A stretch of 64,000 bases of DNA, from assembly GCF_009914755.1 (NCBI RefSeq), contig NC_060939.1; one strand, given 5' to 3'. Below the pieces are notes generated by a model, which was not told the DNA's origin, did no database searches, and saw nothing but the letters and a program-made list of their open reading frames with translations. Shown piece by piece: positions 33,014 through 49,750 of this stretch (position 1 is the stretch's first letter; every line of letters begins with the position of its first letter). The stretch comes from the human T2T-CHM13v2.0 reference genome, Homo sapiens. The position numbers were made by a program, and so were the translations under genes.

Positions 33014-33974
33014 CTAGCAGTGGCCTAAGTGTTCAGCAACAGAGAGCTAGTTAAGTAGATTGTGATGTGTGCACAGCATGAAATTCTGTGCTACATTTAA
33101 AATGATCTAAGAGATGGTTCTTGTTATTGGGAAATGCTATGGATGTGTAAAGAATAAGGACAAGTGGTACACTGTGATGTTTTTATTGAAATAAATATGT
33201 ATAAATTACATACATACAACAGAGGCCCAAAAGACACACCCTCCAAAACATGGCTACCTCTGGATGGCGAAAGTGCCCACGGGGGTCGTTTTTCTTTGGT
33301 TTTGTTTGATCTATGATTTTCACATTTTTTGCATTTAGCAAATTAATACTATTCTGGTGAGAATATAATAATACCTACAATAAAAGTAAGAACTATTCCT
33401 ATACCTCTAAAGTAATGCTGTCCTACTTTGGGGCTTATATTTCAAACCACTCACCATTTTATTTTTTGCATTTTCAAGCAGCCGACAGCACCAGAAATGA
33501 CCTTTGGCCTTGCAGCCACTTGGTTTGCTGTCCAGGGTTGCTGGGAAGCCAGGACTGACTGTGCACTTTGGCCATGCAGGATGTCTGGCGCTGAGATGCA
33601 GAGGCACGTGCTGGGGCTGGAGTTAGCACAGTAGTGTATCACCACTCCTAATCGCCTGTTTCACATACAGTCTTCACAATGCCCCATGAGCACAGAATTC
33701 CAGTGGACCCAGGATGAAAGGAGTTTGCTGTGACTCAAAGCAAGTACAAGACGTGTGATGGCTACAGCTGAGTAAGCCAAGCACTGACAGCCCCAGACGC
33801 ACACTTCCTGGTGGAGCCAGAACTTACTTCAAATATAGAAAAACATGACATTCGAAGAAACCTGAACGACCAAGGAAGTCCATATATCCTTCTCACCATT
33901 GTTATTTCCCTGCTTTAACCAACCACTTATGCTGAGAGTGATCACTCACAAACCAGTGAGCCGAAGGCAGGCCA

Positions 33975-35600
33975 TGTCGGCAGAATGTTCTTGTATCATA
34001 AAAGTGAGATAAAACAGTTGCATTGGTTTTAGACAGTGGCTCCACTACCTGGTAAGAACAAAGTACAAATGTACATACCAGCTATAAAAAAGTTGTCTGA
34101 TTTCACAAATTCCACGCATGAGCTAAATGTTTCAATATTTGCATTTGAAACTGATGTGGCATGATATAAAGATGACTAGTAAAAGTAATGCTAACAATTT
34201 AAAATTTAAATTTTTTTATTTAGAATAATGACATTAAATACCAATTTAAAAGCACCATGACAAGCCAAGAGAGAGAGACTATGGAAGAAAGGAGAAAACT
34301 TTATCCTTACCATTAATGGCATTTTCCCTGGTTTTTGAACAAAGGGCCTCACAAATTATGTAACTGGTCCTGCTGAGACTTTAGAGGGGGTCCTCCTGCT
34401 CTCCATTGACAATTCCAGGGCGCCATTGCCCCTCCTAAAACACCCAGCTTCTTTAGAAGAACATGCCATTGGAATTGCCACAGACTGAATGTGTATGTGC
34501 CCTCCAACAAACTCAGAGGCTGAAACCCTGCCCTGTAATGGGATGGTATTCAGAGGTGGGGTCTCAGGGAGGTGACTGGGATTTGGAGAGGCCCTGAGGG
34601 TAGAGCTCTCATGAATCAGCTCCAGACCCTTCTGAGAGTCGTGGGAGAGCTCAGCTCCTCTCTCCACCATGTGTGGACACGGCGAGAAGATGCTGTCTGT
34701 GAACCAGGAGGTGGGCCTCCCCAGACACGGAATCTGTTGGTGCTGTGATCTGAGACTTCACAGCCTCCCAAACTGTGAGAAATTATGTTTGTGGCATAAG
34801 TCATCAGTTTATGATGTTTTGTTACAGCAGCATGAATGGACTCACACAGGAACATACCACCCACCCTTAGTGCAACAAATGTCCATTCTCTTTCAGGCCA
34901 TGTCCCTTCTCCAAGACCTCACTCCCCTCTTTCCCAGTGGAGCCTCTCTGGTCCAGCAAACACCCTCCTCTTACTTGCCCCAACTCATTCTCTCAAACTT
35001 ACCTGATAAACGAGTTTTTTATTGCTGCAAAACAAATCACCACAAAGTGTACCTGTTAAAAAGCACACACGTGTATAATCTCAGAGTTTCTGTGGGTCAA
35101 GGCCAGGGTGGCTCAACTGGGTTGTCTGCTTGGGATCTCAAGGGGCCACTGGGCTGTGATCTCATCTGGAAGCTCAACTGGGGAAAAATCTGCTGCCAAG
35201 GTCACTCAGTGCAGACAGGATCCATGTCCTCGTGGCTGCATGACTCAGGGCTGCAGCTTCTTGCTGGCTGTGGGCCAGCAAGAAGTTTATGGTGTTTTGT
35301 TACAGGAGGCCCCCTCAGAGGCCCCCTTCACCCCAACAGGCTCCTGCATCCTCACCATGTGGGCTCCTCCAGTATGTTGGCTTGCCTTTTCAGGCAACAA
35401 GGAGCATCTGGAGAGCGAGCAGCAGTGAGGCAGAGTTTTATAGGCTATTACGTGTCAGGGGGACATCCACCACTTTGCTGTATTCTGTCAGCTGGAGGTC
35501 AGTCCTGGGTCCTGCCTGCCTACACTCAAAGGGAGGGGACTAAACCAGGGTGTGAACACCAGGAGGTGGGGACCATGGGCCCCTAGAGTCTGCCACCTGT
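33975..35600. mobile_element. hAT (MER45-like) remnant ~33975-34371, then MLT1 remnants ~34475-34850 and ~35010-35600
   Basis: cacaaattatgtaactggtcctg end motif; MLT1-type cagcctcccaaactgtgagaaa motif. Confidence 0.55.
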
Positions 35601-37994
35601 GGCCAAATCCCAACCCTGCTCAGCAGCTGAACATGGCTGTAGAAAACCTTCCTTGCTGCCTATGCCTGCAGATGACATCATATTAGGAACCCCAGGTGGG
35701 CCCCAGTACTGCCCAGCAATCCCACCGCACCTCCCCAGACAGTGTACGCGCCTGCTCTCCTTCACTCCCCACTTAAACCCCACACACCCTTCCCCCTTTC
35801 ACTCCCAGCTGCTGCCTCTGCCTCTTGCTCCCTTCACTGCCTGAATCAGCCGGGGTCCAAGAAGGAAATAGAAGCTACTCTGAGAACTTCTAGAAGGAGC
35901 TGGAGCCCCAGAAGAGATGCCCCAAAGAAGAGTGGGGCATCCTCCCTCCCCTAATCTTCTAGAAGAGTCTCCTATTGGCTGAACTCAAGCCAGAGCCCAA
36001 GCTGGAGTCAGACACTGGGATTCAGAACACAGTAGGGCAAGAGTGAGGAATGTCTCCAAGAGCAAAACGTCCCAGAATGGCTGTGCTGGCAAAACTAGAA
36101 GCAATGAGAATAAAAGCCCAGCCTCTCAAGGACACACTTGTCTACAGCCCTGCCAGGTACAGTGGAGCCCACCTGCTCCCACCCCCGCCCAGACTGCACT
36201 GTTGCATTCCTCCCCATCCCAAACCTCACAAGCTGGCATGCAAACATACTGTCCTATCTGCCAACACTAAAAATATACAGCTCAGGACTGGTGCCTTCAG
36301 GAAGACAGAGAAGACCTACTTTTCCCTGTTCTTCCTGCTAAGTACAACTAAAAACCTGATGTTTAGAACAAAAAGCCCCAAAGAAGCCTGCCCCCAGCCA
36401 AAGGACCAGGAAATGAGTAGCCTAGCAAGACAGAAAGCTTTTAGACAATATCTGTTCTACTGCAGCCTAATACTGCAGACCCACATCCACTCAGGAGAGC
36501 AAAGGCTGAGTGGGCACCCTCCAAAGGCTATTACACAGTGCCTGGCCCCCAGTCCTCACAGGGATGCTTCGCAAAAGGCTGAGTAGGGAGTTTGGACATT
36601 CACCGTTGCTGAGTGCTAGGGAGTTCCACCTCCTCCCTACACACTCCTCCCCCAATGGCTTAAGTGGGGACCACCATGTGAGGAGGCTGGACTTCATCCC
36701 TGCCCTGCAGAAAAGGGACCCCTCTCCTTCCTTGCTGACAGGGTGTCAGAGGAGGCCAAATGGAGAGTCAGGGCATTCACTTCTGCTCAGCAGTAATGAG
36801 GCCACTCCCCAGTGGTGTCACTAGAGGTCAGTAATGAGCAGTAATGAGGTGTCCCACCCCACTCAGCCAGGGTGATATCAGCAGAGTCCTAGCGAGAGGC
36901 AGAGGTCCCACAACCACCCAGCAATAAGGTGGAATCCTTCCCCATCTTGGGGAACCTGAACTTCTAACCCTATCTGGCAGCAATGAGACAGTGTCAGGCC
37001 CTTCTGCTGGCGTGGTGTCAAAGGAAGGCACCTAAACAGAAGGTTTAAGTGGTGATTAGAGTCTTATAAAGCAATACTCAAAATATGCAGGTTTCACTCA
37101 AAACCACCTGTCATAGTGATAACCAGGAAAATCTCAACTTGAAAGAAAATAGATGATGACACCAAGATGATGGAGATGTTAGAATTATCTGAAAAAATAT
37201 TTTTAAATCAGCCAAAATAAAAATGTTTCAAAGAGAAATAAACACATTTGAAACAAATGAAACACAGAAAGTCTCAGCAAATAAGACTCAAATGAAACTG
37301 AAAACACAATAGCAAAATTCAAAATGCAAAAATGAACTCAACAGTAAAATGGAGGGGACAGAGAAAAGAATCAATAAGTGGAAGATAGAACAATAGAAAT
37401 TACTCAACCTGAACAATAGAGAAATATAGTCTAAAACAATTTATCAGAACCTCAGAGACCTATGGGACCATAACAAAAGACCTAACTTTCATATAATCCA
37501 AATGCCAGAAGAAGATGATGAAGAGTATGTAGCTTAAAAAGTATTTGACGATCTCATGGCTGAAAACTTCCTAAATGTGGCAAAAGACATAAACCTACAG
37601 ATTTGAGAAGCTGAGCAAACCCCAAACAAGATAATCCCAAAGAAATCCACACCAACATATATAGTGGGCAAAATTTTAAAAATTAAAAGCAAAGAAAAAG
37701 TCTTAAAGAGAGAAATTAAAATGTCCCTACAGGGAAAAAACAATTCAGATGACAGAAACCATGGTGGCCAGAAGAAAATGACATAACATTTTCCAAGTAA
37801 TGAGAGGAAGGAACAGTCAAGCCAGAAGCCTATATCCAGTGAAAGAAAAATCAAGATGTTTTCAAAGAAAACTAAAAATTTATTGCCAGCAGACCTACCC
37901 TGAAAGAATGGCTACAGGAAGTTCTCTAAATAGAAAGGGAAAATGAAAGAATACATTTTAGAACATCAGGAAGGTAAAAGAATATAGGTAAGGA

Positions 37995-38607
<613 letters not shown>

Positions 38608-39025
38608 GTAAGTCCAAGCAAGATTCTTAACAGATGCATCATGTGCTGTTTTCATTCAGAGAATGCAAGTGCTTAATGGAAATAATTCTGTCATCTACTG
38701 TTGATAGCATGCTATTGAATAACATTTATACGTAGGTAAATATGTTTTCCCTCTCCTCTTGATTTTCCTAAATTCTGTTGAATGTTTGAAGCAAAAATTT
38801 TAACACTCCTTGATGTGTTTATTAATGTATGCAGAGGGAATCATCAAGACAATTCTATAACAAATGAGAGAGGTAAAGGATGTAAAAGGAGGTACGTTTT
38901 CTTGATTTTACTCAAACTGATAAAATGATGGCATCAGTAGACTGTGACAAGTAACATGTATATATACTTTAATACCTAGAACAATGACTTTAAAAGAGAT
39001 ACACCAAGAAACATTATGGATAAAT

Positions 39026-40082
39026 TATCGGGGGAAATTCACCCCCGATATTTCATGTAGGTTCTTTTCTATTTTCCCTAAGTGTCGGCTGGTCTGAGAA
39101 ATAAAGGGAAATAGTACAAAAGAGAGAAATTTTAAAGCTGGGCATCCAGGGGAGACATCACATGTCGGTAGGTTCCGTGATGCCCCCTGAGCCGTAAAAC
39201 CAGCAAGTTTTTATTAGTGATTTTCAAAAGGGGAGGGAGTACATGAATAGGGTGTGGGTCACAGAGATCACATGCTTCACAAGGTAATAAAATATCACAA
39301 GGGAAATGGAGGCAGGGCGAGATCACAGGACCAGGGCAAAATTAAAATTGCTAATGAAGTTTCAGGCACATGTTGTCTTTGATGACATCTTAATCAGGAG
39401 ACAGGGTTTGAGAGCAGACAATCGGTCTGACCAAAATTTATTAGGTGGGAATTTCCTCATCCTAATAAGCCTGGGAGCACTACGGGAGACCAGGGCTTAT
39501 TTCATCCCTCATCGACAACCGTAAAAGACAGACGTCCCCAAAGTGGCCATTCCAGAGGCCTCCCCTTAGGGACACATTCTCTTTCTCAGGGATGTTCCTT
39601 GCTGAGAAAAAGAATTCAGCGATATTTCTCCTATTTGCTTTTGAAAGAAGAGAAATATGGCTCTGTTCCTCCCGGCCCACAGGCCACCAGACTTTAAGGT
39701 TATCTCCTTTGCTCCCTGAACATTGCTGTTATCCTGTTCTTTTTTCAAGGTGCCCAGATTTCATATTGTTTAAACAATTTGGGCAGTTAACGCAATCATC
39801 ACAGGGTCCTGAGGTGACATTCATCCTCAGCTTACAAAGATGATGAGATTAAGAGATTAAAGACAGGCATAGGAAATCACAAGGGTATTGACTGGGGAAG
39901 TGATAAGTGTCCATGAAATCTTCACAATTTATGTAAAGAGATTGCAGTAAAGACAGGTGTAAGAAATTATAAAAGTATTAATTTGGGGAACTAATAAATG
40001 TCCATGAAATCTTCACAATTTATGTTCTTCTACCATGGCTTCAGCTGGTCCCTCCATTCGGGGTCCCTGACTTCCCGCAACA
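39026..40082 (-). mobile_element. MER11 (HERVK11) solo LTR, same orientation as OCA2
   Basis: Reverse complement starts TGTTGCGGGAAGTCAGGGACCCCGAA; 6-bp TSD ataaat/acaaat. Confidence 0.85.
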
Positions 40083-42185
40083 ACAAATCAAAATGGAATT
40101 CTAAAAAAAATGTTCAATTTACCCATAGCCCTAACATATCAGAAAAAAATGCATTACATGTAAATGGTCTGAATACATCAACTAAAAGACGGATTGGCAG
40201 AGTGAATTTAAAAATATGACTCAACTATGCAAGGTCTATAAGAAATTTACTTCTAAAATAACAGTATATGGGTTCACATGGACATAAAGATGGGAACAAC
40301 AGACACTGGGGACTACTGGAGCAGGGAAAGAGGGTGGAGGTCAAGGCTTGAAAAACTACTTATTGAGGACTGTGCTCACTACCTGGGTGACAGGTTCAGT
40401 GGTACACCAAACCTCAGTGTCACACAACATGCCTTTGTAACAACCTGCACATGTAGCCCCAAATCTAAAATAAAAGTTGAAAAATAAAATTAAATAACAA
40501 TATAGGTAGGGTGCAAGTAAAAGGATGGAAAAAGATATATCATTCAAGCATCAATCCAAAGAAAGTAGGAGCGGTTATATTCACGTAATATATGCTAAAC
40601 TTCAAGGCAAAGAAAATTACCAGGCACAGAGAGAGACATCTTGTAGTGATAAAAAGGTCACTTTACCAAGAAGACATAGAAATCCTAAACACATATGCAC
40701 AAAACAACAGAGCTGCAAAATATCTAACACAAAAACTAATAGAACTAAAAGGAGAAAGACACATTTATAGTATAGTTTTATAGTTAGAGACTTAAACATT
40801 TATCTCTCAGCAATTAATAGAACTAGACAGAAAATCAGTGCAGTTATAGAAGAACTGAACAACACCATCAACCAATAGAATATAATCAATATTTATGGAA
40901 CACTCCATCCAACAACAGCAGAATATTCTTACAAAGTGCCTACAGAACATACACCAAGATAGACTACACTTTGGACCATAAACCAAACCTCAACAAATTT
41001 AAAAGAATTGAAATCACACAGAGTATTCTGTAGCCACAATGCAATCGAATCAGAAATAAGTAACAAAAAGAGAGGAGGAAAATCTGCACACTTAGAAATT
41101 AAACATACTTCCAAATAATCCAGGATTCAAAAAGAAAGTCTCAAGGGAAATCAGAATTATATTGAACTGAATGAAAGTGAAAATATAACATATCAAAATT
41201 GACAGAACACAGCTAAATCAGTGATGGGAGGAAATTTACAGCATAAATGCTGGTATCAAAAGGAGAGCAAGTCTCAAAAATAATATAAGCTCTCATCTCA
41301 AGAACCTAGAAAAAGAAGAGGAAAATAAACCCAAAGCAAGCAGAAATGAGAAATAATGAAGCTGAGATTAAAAATCAGTGAAATAGAAAACAAATCAACA
41401 AAAACAGTAGAAAAAAATCAATGAAACCAAGAGCTACTTCTTTGAAAATATCAATGGAATTAACAATCCTCTAGCAAGACTGGCAAAGAAAAAAAACAGA
41501 ATGACAGTTATTAATGTCAGGAGTGAAACAGGAAATACCATTACAGACCCTGAAGACATCAAAGAATAATAGTGGTATATCAGATTGCCATTTTACAACT
41601 TTACATACATAACTTGGAAAACTTAGTGATTCCTCAAAAAGCACAAATTACTATAACTCACCCAATATAAAATGGGTAATGTCAATAGCTCTGTAATTTC
41701 TATTAAGTAAATTAAATTTGAATTTTTACAGAAGAAATCTCTAGGGTCAGATGGTTTCACTAGAGAATTCTACCAAACATTTAACACCAATTCTATACAA
41801 TCTCTTCCAGAAAATAGAAAATGAGGTATACCTCATCAGTGAGTTTTATGAAGACAATATTACCCTGATACCAAAATCAGATACAGTACAAAGAAAAAAT
41901 ACTACAGGCCAATATCTCTTATGAATATGGTGCAAAAATCTTTAACAAAATATTAGCAAAGGGAATTCAGTAATATATCAAAAGAGCTACACACATAACT
42001 AAGTAGGGTTTGTTCCAGGAATGCAAGGCTGGTTCAATGTTCAAAAATCAATCAATGTTGAACATGGAGCTACCATATGACCTAGCAATTCCACTTGTAG
42101 GAATATGCCCATGAGAAATGAAAACATATGTCCACACAAAAATGTGTACAATAACATTAATAGGATCATTAGTCATAATACCCTA

Positions 42186-43960
<1,775 letters not shown>

Positions 43961-44637
43961 AAAAAAGAAAACAGAGACAACACCGCCAGCTGCCTAGGAC
44001 TCGAGAGGCTGGTTCACTCCTGCATCACCAATGGGAATGTAAAATTGTACAGCCACTCTGGAAAGCAGTTTGACAGTTTTTAAAAAAAAACTACAATTGC
44101 AACTACCAGCCAACAATTGCACTCCTGGACATTAATCCCAGAGAAATGAAACTTTCATTCACACAAAACCCTACACGCAAATGGTCATAGAAGCTATATG
44201 AAAAATTGGAAGCCACGCAGCCGTCTGTCCGTAGGGGAGTGTGAAATAGGCTGCGGTGCATGCATGCCGGGAAGACCACGCCACAATCAAAAGGAACAGA
44301 CAATTCATACACAGCAACGTAGAGGAATCCAGAGTGAAAATCCTCAGTGAAAAAAAGCAAGTTCCAACAGACTATTTACTCTGATTCCATGACTACAACA
44401 TTCTTGAAACGGCAAAGTTATATCAATGGGGAACAGGTTAGTGGTTGTCCGGGGTTGAGTAGGGGCTCTCGTTCCACCTCACTTCCTGCCTCTTCCCTGG
44501 GAGACAGAGGCCTCTGCTCACCCAGAACTCTCCCTCTTTCTCACACATTCCTCATCCAGTTCTTCCAAACACATCCTAACTCCTCCTAGTCCCACCTGGT
44601 CATCGCCTCTCATGCAGATGATGGAGCACTCCAATCC

Positions 44638-44771
44638 CACAGCCTGTCCCTTAGGGGACCCCAACACCCTAGCACACAGCCTGTCTCCTAGGGGACCCCA
44701 ACACCCTAGCACACAGCCTACCTCTGGGGGACCCCAACACACTAGCACACAGCCCGTCCTCTGGGGTGACC
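44638..44771. repeat. ~36-37 bp minisatellite, ~3.5 copies
   Basis: cacagcctgtcccttaggggaccccaacaccctagca repeated with variation. Confidence 0.85.
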
Positions 44772-44879
44772 CTCCCTTCACCCCAGCCCGTGGCTGCACT
44801 CTCACGGGAACCACAGCTTCAGCCTGGCTTTGCTTTATTGGGCCCCATGCGCTTGACTTGCCTAGGGCAGGGCCACCCT

Positions 44880-45950
44880 GGGCAGAGCTCCCGCCCGTAG
44901 GGACACCTGCAGCTGGCGGGAGAGGGGTAGGGGAGCTGTAAGCCGGCGGCACAGGGCGGAGTATGCCACAGCCCCAACCCACCCCTCCAGGTCCTCCCCG
45001 CGATGGCGCCCAGGACCCTCCTTCCAAGCAAGACTCACACCGAAGTCACCAAATTTTAGAAAGAAAAAATAGATAGTTGTGGCTTATTTTTAGAAAAAAA
45101 AAATAGATGGTTCAGAGTCGGTGGAACCTTCCAGTCCTCACACTCAACCCCAAATCGTTCGTGTGGGCTACTGCCGGCCCTCTCTCCGGCTCTGCGCTCT
45201 TTCTGCCTGCAACCGTGCCCCCGAACTCGGGCCCTGCGAGGTGGGGGTGGGCCCGGGCCCCTCCTGCCGCCCCTGCTGCCAGCACCGTTCTCTCCGAGGC
45301 CCTCAACGCCCCGCCGTGCCGTGGCCTTCAGAGCGCGCCAGACGCTCACCAAGCCTGCCCGAGCCCCGCCTCCCGCAGCCGTGCCCAGGGCGGAGTGGGG
45401 CGACGGCACCGGTGCCAGGACCGACAGAGGCCAGGGCGCGGCGCCGGGCGTGGTCCTGACACCTGCCCTGCCGGGAAGGGGACGGCGTTCCACGCCTGGG
45501 CCCTTCTCCACTGCGTACAGGAGCCTGGGTCACCTGCTCGGCCCAAGAAAAGGCTCCAGGCCTGCGGGTGTGAATGAGCAGCAGCCAAGAGAGCGGTGCT
45601 GCCGGCGCTCAAGCTAGGCCGGGTCACCGCCTCCTGCCCAGGTCCAGGCAGCCCCGGCCTTTCCCGCTGGTACTGGCACGCCCGTGGCCGCACGGCTGAG
45701 TGCTCCGGGCATGGTGGGTCTGCGGGACTCGGAGCAGAGCTCGAGCTGGCGGATCCCCGGTTGGCGCCCGGCGGGAGGGCAGGAGTGGCCCAGCCAGGCC
45801 GCCCTGCGCACTCCCCGCCCGGGTGCGCCCGGGGGACCGCGGCCCTCCCACCCCGCCCCTGTGAAACGACAGCCGGCAGCAGGCGCCGCACGCCGACTTC
45901 ACAGTGGCGGCGATCAACAGCGTGTGGAAAACAGCTTCTTCGTAAATCTT
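44880..45950. promoter_or_regulatory. Intronic CpG island (OCA2 intron 1)
   Basis: GC- and CpG-dense non-Alu sequence; limits estimated by eye. Confidence 0.7.
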
Positions 45951-45951
45951 A

Positions 45952-46398
<447 letters not shown>

Positions 46399-46419
46399 CT
46401 AACATCCAGAGAAAACACC

Positions 46420-47900
46420 CGTCACTGAACGCTCCCCTCCCCACAAAGCGCTGCTTGGCCCCAAATCGTCCCTAATGCGCTGCTCAGCCCCAAGGCGTCC
46501 CTCTGAGCGAGAAACCGCCCCTGGCTATGCTTGCAGGGGCCTGGCTGGGTCCACAGGGCATGGCTGTGTCTCTCGGAGCACGGCCCTTCTCTCCGGGGGC
46601 CTGGCTGCGTCTGCAAAGGCGTCAATGTGTCTCCGGGGGCGTAGCTTGTCTCCGGGGCGTGGTCGTGTCTCCGGGAGGTGGCTGGTCTCGGGGGCGTGGC
46701 TTGTCTCCAAGGCGTGGCCGTGTCTCTGGGGGCATGGCTTGTCTCCGGGGCGTGGTTGTGTCTCCTGGGGCGTGGTCGTGTCTCTGGGGCTTGGTAGTGT
46801 CTCCGGGGGCATGGCCTGTCTCCGAGGTGTGGTCGTGTCTCCGGGGGCGTGGCTTTTCGTTGGAGGTGGTCTGTCTGTGTCGGGCGTGACTGTGAGCCGG
46901 AGGCGTAGCCGTGTCTCGGGAGCCTGGCGGTGTCCGCAGGAGCGATGCTGTGACCGTTGCATTTGAAGCATTCCTTCTAGTTCCCGGATACCAGGGAGGG
47001 GGCAGGAGAAGCCCTGCGGCCAAGAAGGCCTGAAGAAGCCCGTCCAGGGGTCAGCCTCCTCCTCAGCCGGTCCTGGGCTGAGACAGGGGTGTCCCGCTGA
47101 GGGCAGTGTAGGGTGCGGTGCCCCCACCCCACTTCGGGCCTGGACCGAGACCGCGAGTGTGACCGTATATCCCTTCAGGTGGATTTTTCAACATGTGAAC
47201 TTGGTTAAAAGCTTCTAGAACGTTAAGCCAAACATCGTGGCTTTCCATCCGTTTTCTGTTCTTGTTTGAAAGAGTACGCCTCCTTCCAGCCTGGGAGGAG
47301 GGGCGGGGCCCGGGAGAGGGCCTCGGGAGGCCGCGGGTGGGCTCTGCCGAGGGCCGCGTTCGCAGGGCCCCCCGGGACTGGCGGCCCCGCGGCAGGCCAG
47401 GCGCACCTCTCGGGGAGAAACGAGCAGCGCCAGCAAACGCGCAGCCGGGCACGCGGCCGCCCAGCCCCGCTCCCAGCCCGGGGCCAGGACCCCTCCCCGC
47501 GGCGCCGCTGCCGCAAGCCTCCTCTGCTACCCCAGCTGCGGGCAGTTTGGCCCGGCGCTGTGCCGCTGTAGTTCGGTGTCCCTTCGCCCATCCTGCAGGC
47601 CAGCTTGGAAACTGTGTCCCATGCTCCTCGAAACACCGGACCTGCTCCCCGCCGCCCTGCGGAATGCGCCTCCTGGCGCCTCAGTGGGTGGCCGGGCCGA
47701 GAGCACAGGCGCGCCAGCCACACCTCCCCACGGGTCGGACCCACACGGACCCCGCCGCGCTCCGCCGAAACTGCGCGGGTCCCGCGGGTGGCCGGCGCAA
47801 GAGCCACAGCCCGCGACAAGCCGGCTGCCTGCAGGTCAGTGACAGAACCCCAAATGGAAACTGCGGAAACCCAACAACCAGCGAGTGAGCTGGTAGAGCC
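46420..47900. promoter_or_regulatory. Second intronic CpG island (OCA2 intron 1)
   Basis: Dense CpG, GC boxes such as gggcggggcc at ~47301; includes a 20-bp minisatellite. Confidence 0.7.
46562..46925. repeat. ~20-bp GC-rich degenerate minisatellite (gtgtctccgggggcgtggct-like)
   Basis: More than a dozen degenerate copies visible. Confidence 0.85.
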
Positions 47901-49750
47901 AGCGGCCCCAAGGAGCTGAGGGAGCTCCGGCTTGTGGAGTCTCTTCTCACATTTCCAGCATATGGAGAATGCCACACTGGGTCAGCCCCTGCCCCAGATC
48001 CTGCCCCCTGGCCTCCAGGCTCTGGGCTTTCCTCCCCTCTGTGGTAGCCTTTATCTCCATTGCAAGCCATCTTTCCACTACTAACAGTTAAAAGCCTCCC
48101 CTTTCTCTCTACTCTCCCAAGAAACCTCATCCTCACCTGTGGACAGGTGGCCGCCCAACTCTCTTCTGCAGCTCAAACCACTGTGTCCATCTACCTCTTT
48201 GTGTCCCTAGACATAAAGGTACCCAAAACTCCCAGAGTGCTGAAGCCACACCTGGCCTTTCCCAGGGGCCCACTGATCCCACCATCCATCACCCATCACC
48301 AACTGGGAATCCCCCCTGCAACTCACCAGTGCTTCCCTGCCCCGGCCTGGCAACCACACTCAGTGGGAAGGCCTTGGCAGTGGCTTTCTTCAACTCCCCA
48401 GCTGCTCCCAACCCCCCAGCCACAGTGATCTTTCCAAAATGCATATGGCCTCAAACTCAAAATATTTCCTTGCTGCCTGCCACTCCAGCATAGAAACGGG
48501 GACCCAGGTGACACAGGTGTCATGCCGCTGGGTTTCCAGGGACAGCCAGGACCTCCCCATTCCTGGTATTCCTGATATCCTCAGATCTCAGCTGCTCCAG
48601 GGGCTGGAGGTTGCGTTCTTCTCATAAAACAAGAACAGTATAGGCATTTGCTTTTCATCAGTGTAATGAAACTTTAGGGACTTATGATCCTAAATCACAT
48701 TACACCAATGTGAACTGCACTCAAATTGTTGTAAACTAAATTTGCAGAACAAGCAGTTTTTGTGCAATTCTTTGCAGTCTACTCAGCTCTTTCATCTCTG
48801 TGTTCAGGTTCAATCCTCATTAGTTCTTCTATGAGAGATAGTTATCCCCAGATGCGTTCAATGCTCAGCTCCTTGCCCTGGCAGGCCCCGTCCCAGGGTC
48901 CTGGATGGCAGATGCCATGCCCGCCCCGCGAAGCTCAGGCTCACCAAGCAAGCAAACCGCAGCTGGTTTAGGTAGACAGCAGCTGCCCACAACTGCTAAC
49001 AGCCTCGGGTTTCTTTTCCTCAGAATCACTCACCCTAAATCTACACATTGTAGACTGTCACATTGGTCTAAGTAGTGCTCCTCAAAGTGCACTGCACATT
49101 AGAGTCACCTGGGGAGCTTCACCGCCGGGCCCCAGGCTCTGATTCGCCCAATGGGAAGGGAGCACCGGGCACTTGTCCTGAGCCCCTGGCCCCTGCCTGG
49201 TTCTGCAAACCCAGAGCGTCCACATACCAGGCTTCCTGTGCTTAACATTGTGTCCTTGAAAAGAGCTAGCTGCACTAATGCCCATTGATTTCACTGTGTG
49301 TGACCACAGTAAAGAGAAGCAGCTTTGAGGGATTTAGTGTTTTCACTCCAGTGCATTCCATTCTAAGGAAACGCCTGACCACGGCTCATGGCTAGGAGGC
49401 CCCGCAGTGCCAGATGCTGCCCTGGAGTTCAAGTGGAACATTTGCTGTCTGAACCTTTCCAAACTCCCCCCACCCATGACCTCATGGCCCACCAGGGGGC
49501 GACTTTTTCCTGGGTCGCCTGGCAGAGAGCCGGAGGGGGTGCTCAGGGGGCAGCTGCTGCAGGCCCAGGCGGACTCAGCCGCGCTAGGTCGGCTCCGTCG
49601 CACCCGTCTGTGCACACTAACCTTTAGGGGAACTTGCCTTGCTTCCTAAGCCGCGACTCAGCCGGGGCTGTGTAAACCCTCCCTGCCTGTTCCCAGGCTA
49701 GTCTGGCTCCTCGCCTCCTTCCTCCCGACCGCGGAGCACGTGCACTTTAC

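Noticed and set aside
34669-35586. 305-aa plus-strand ORF
   Set aside because: Runs through MLT1 LTR remnants; no protein family signature
44638-44771. 36-37 bp repeats of CRISPR-like length
   Set aside because: Head-to-tail tandem copies without unique spacers, in human DNA with no cas genes
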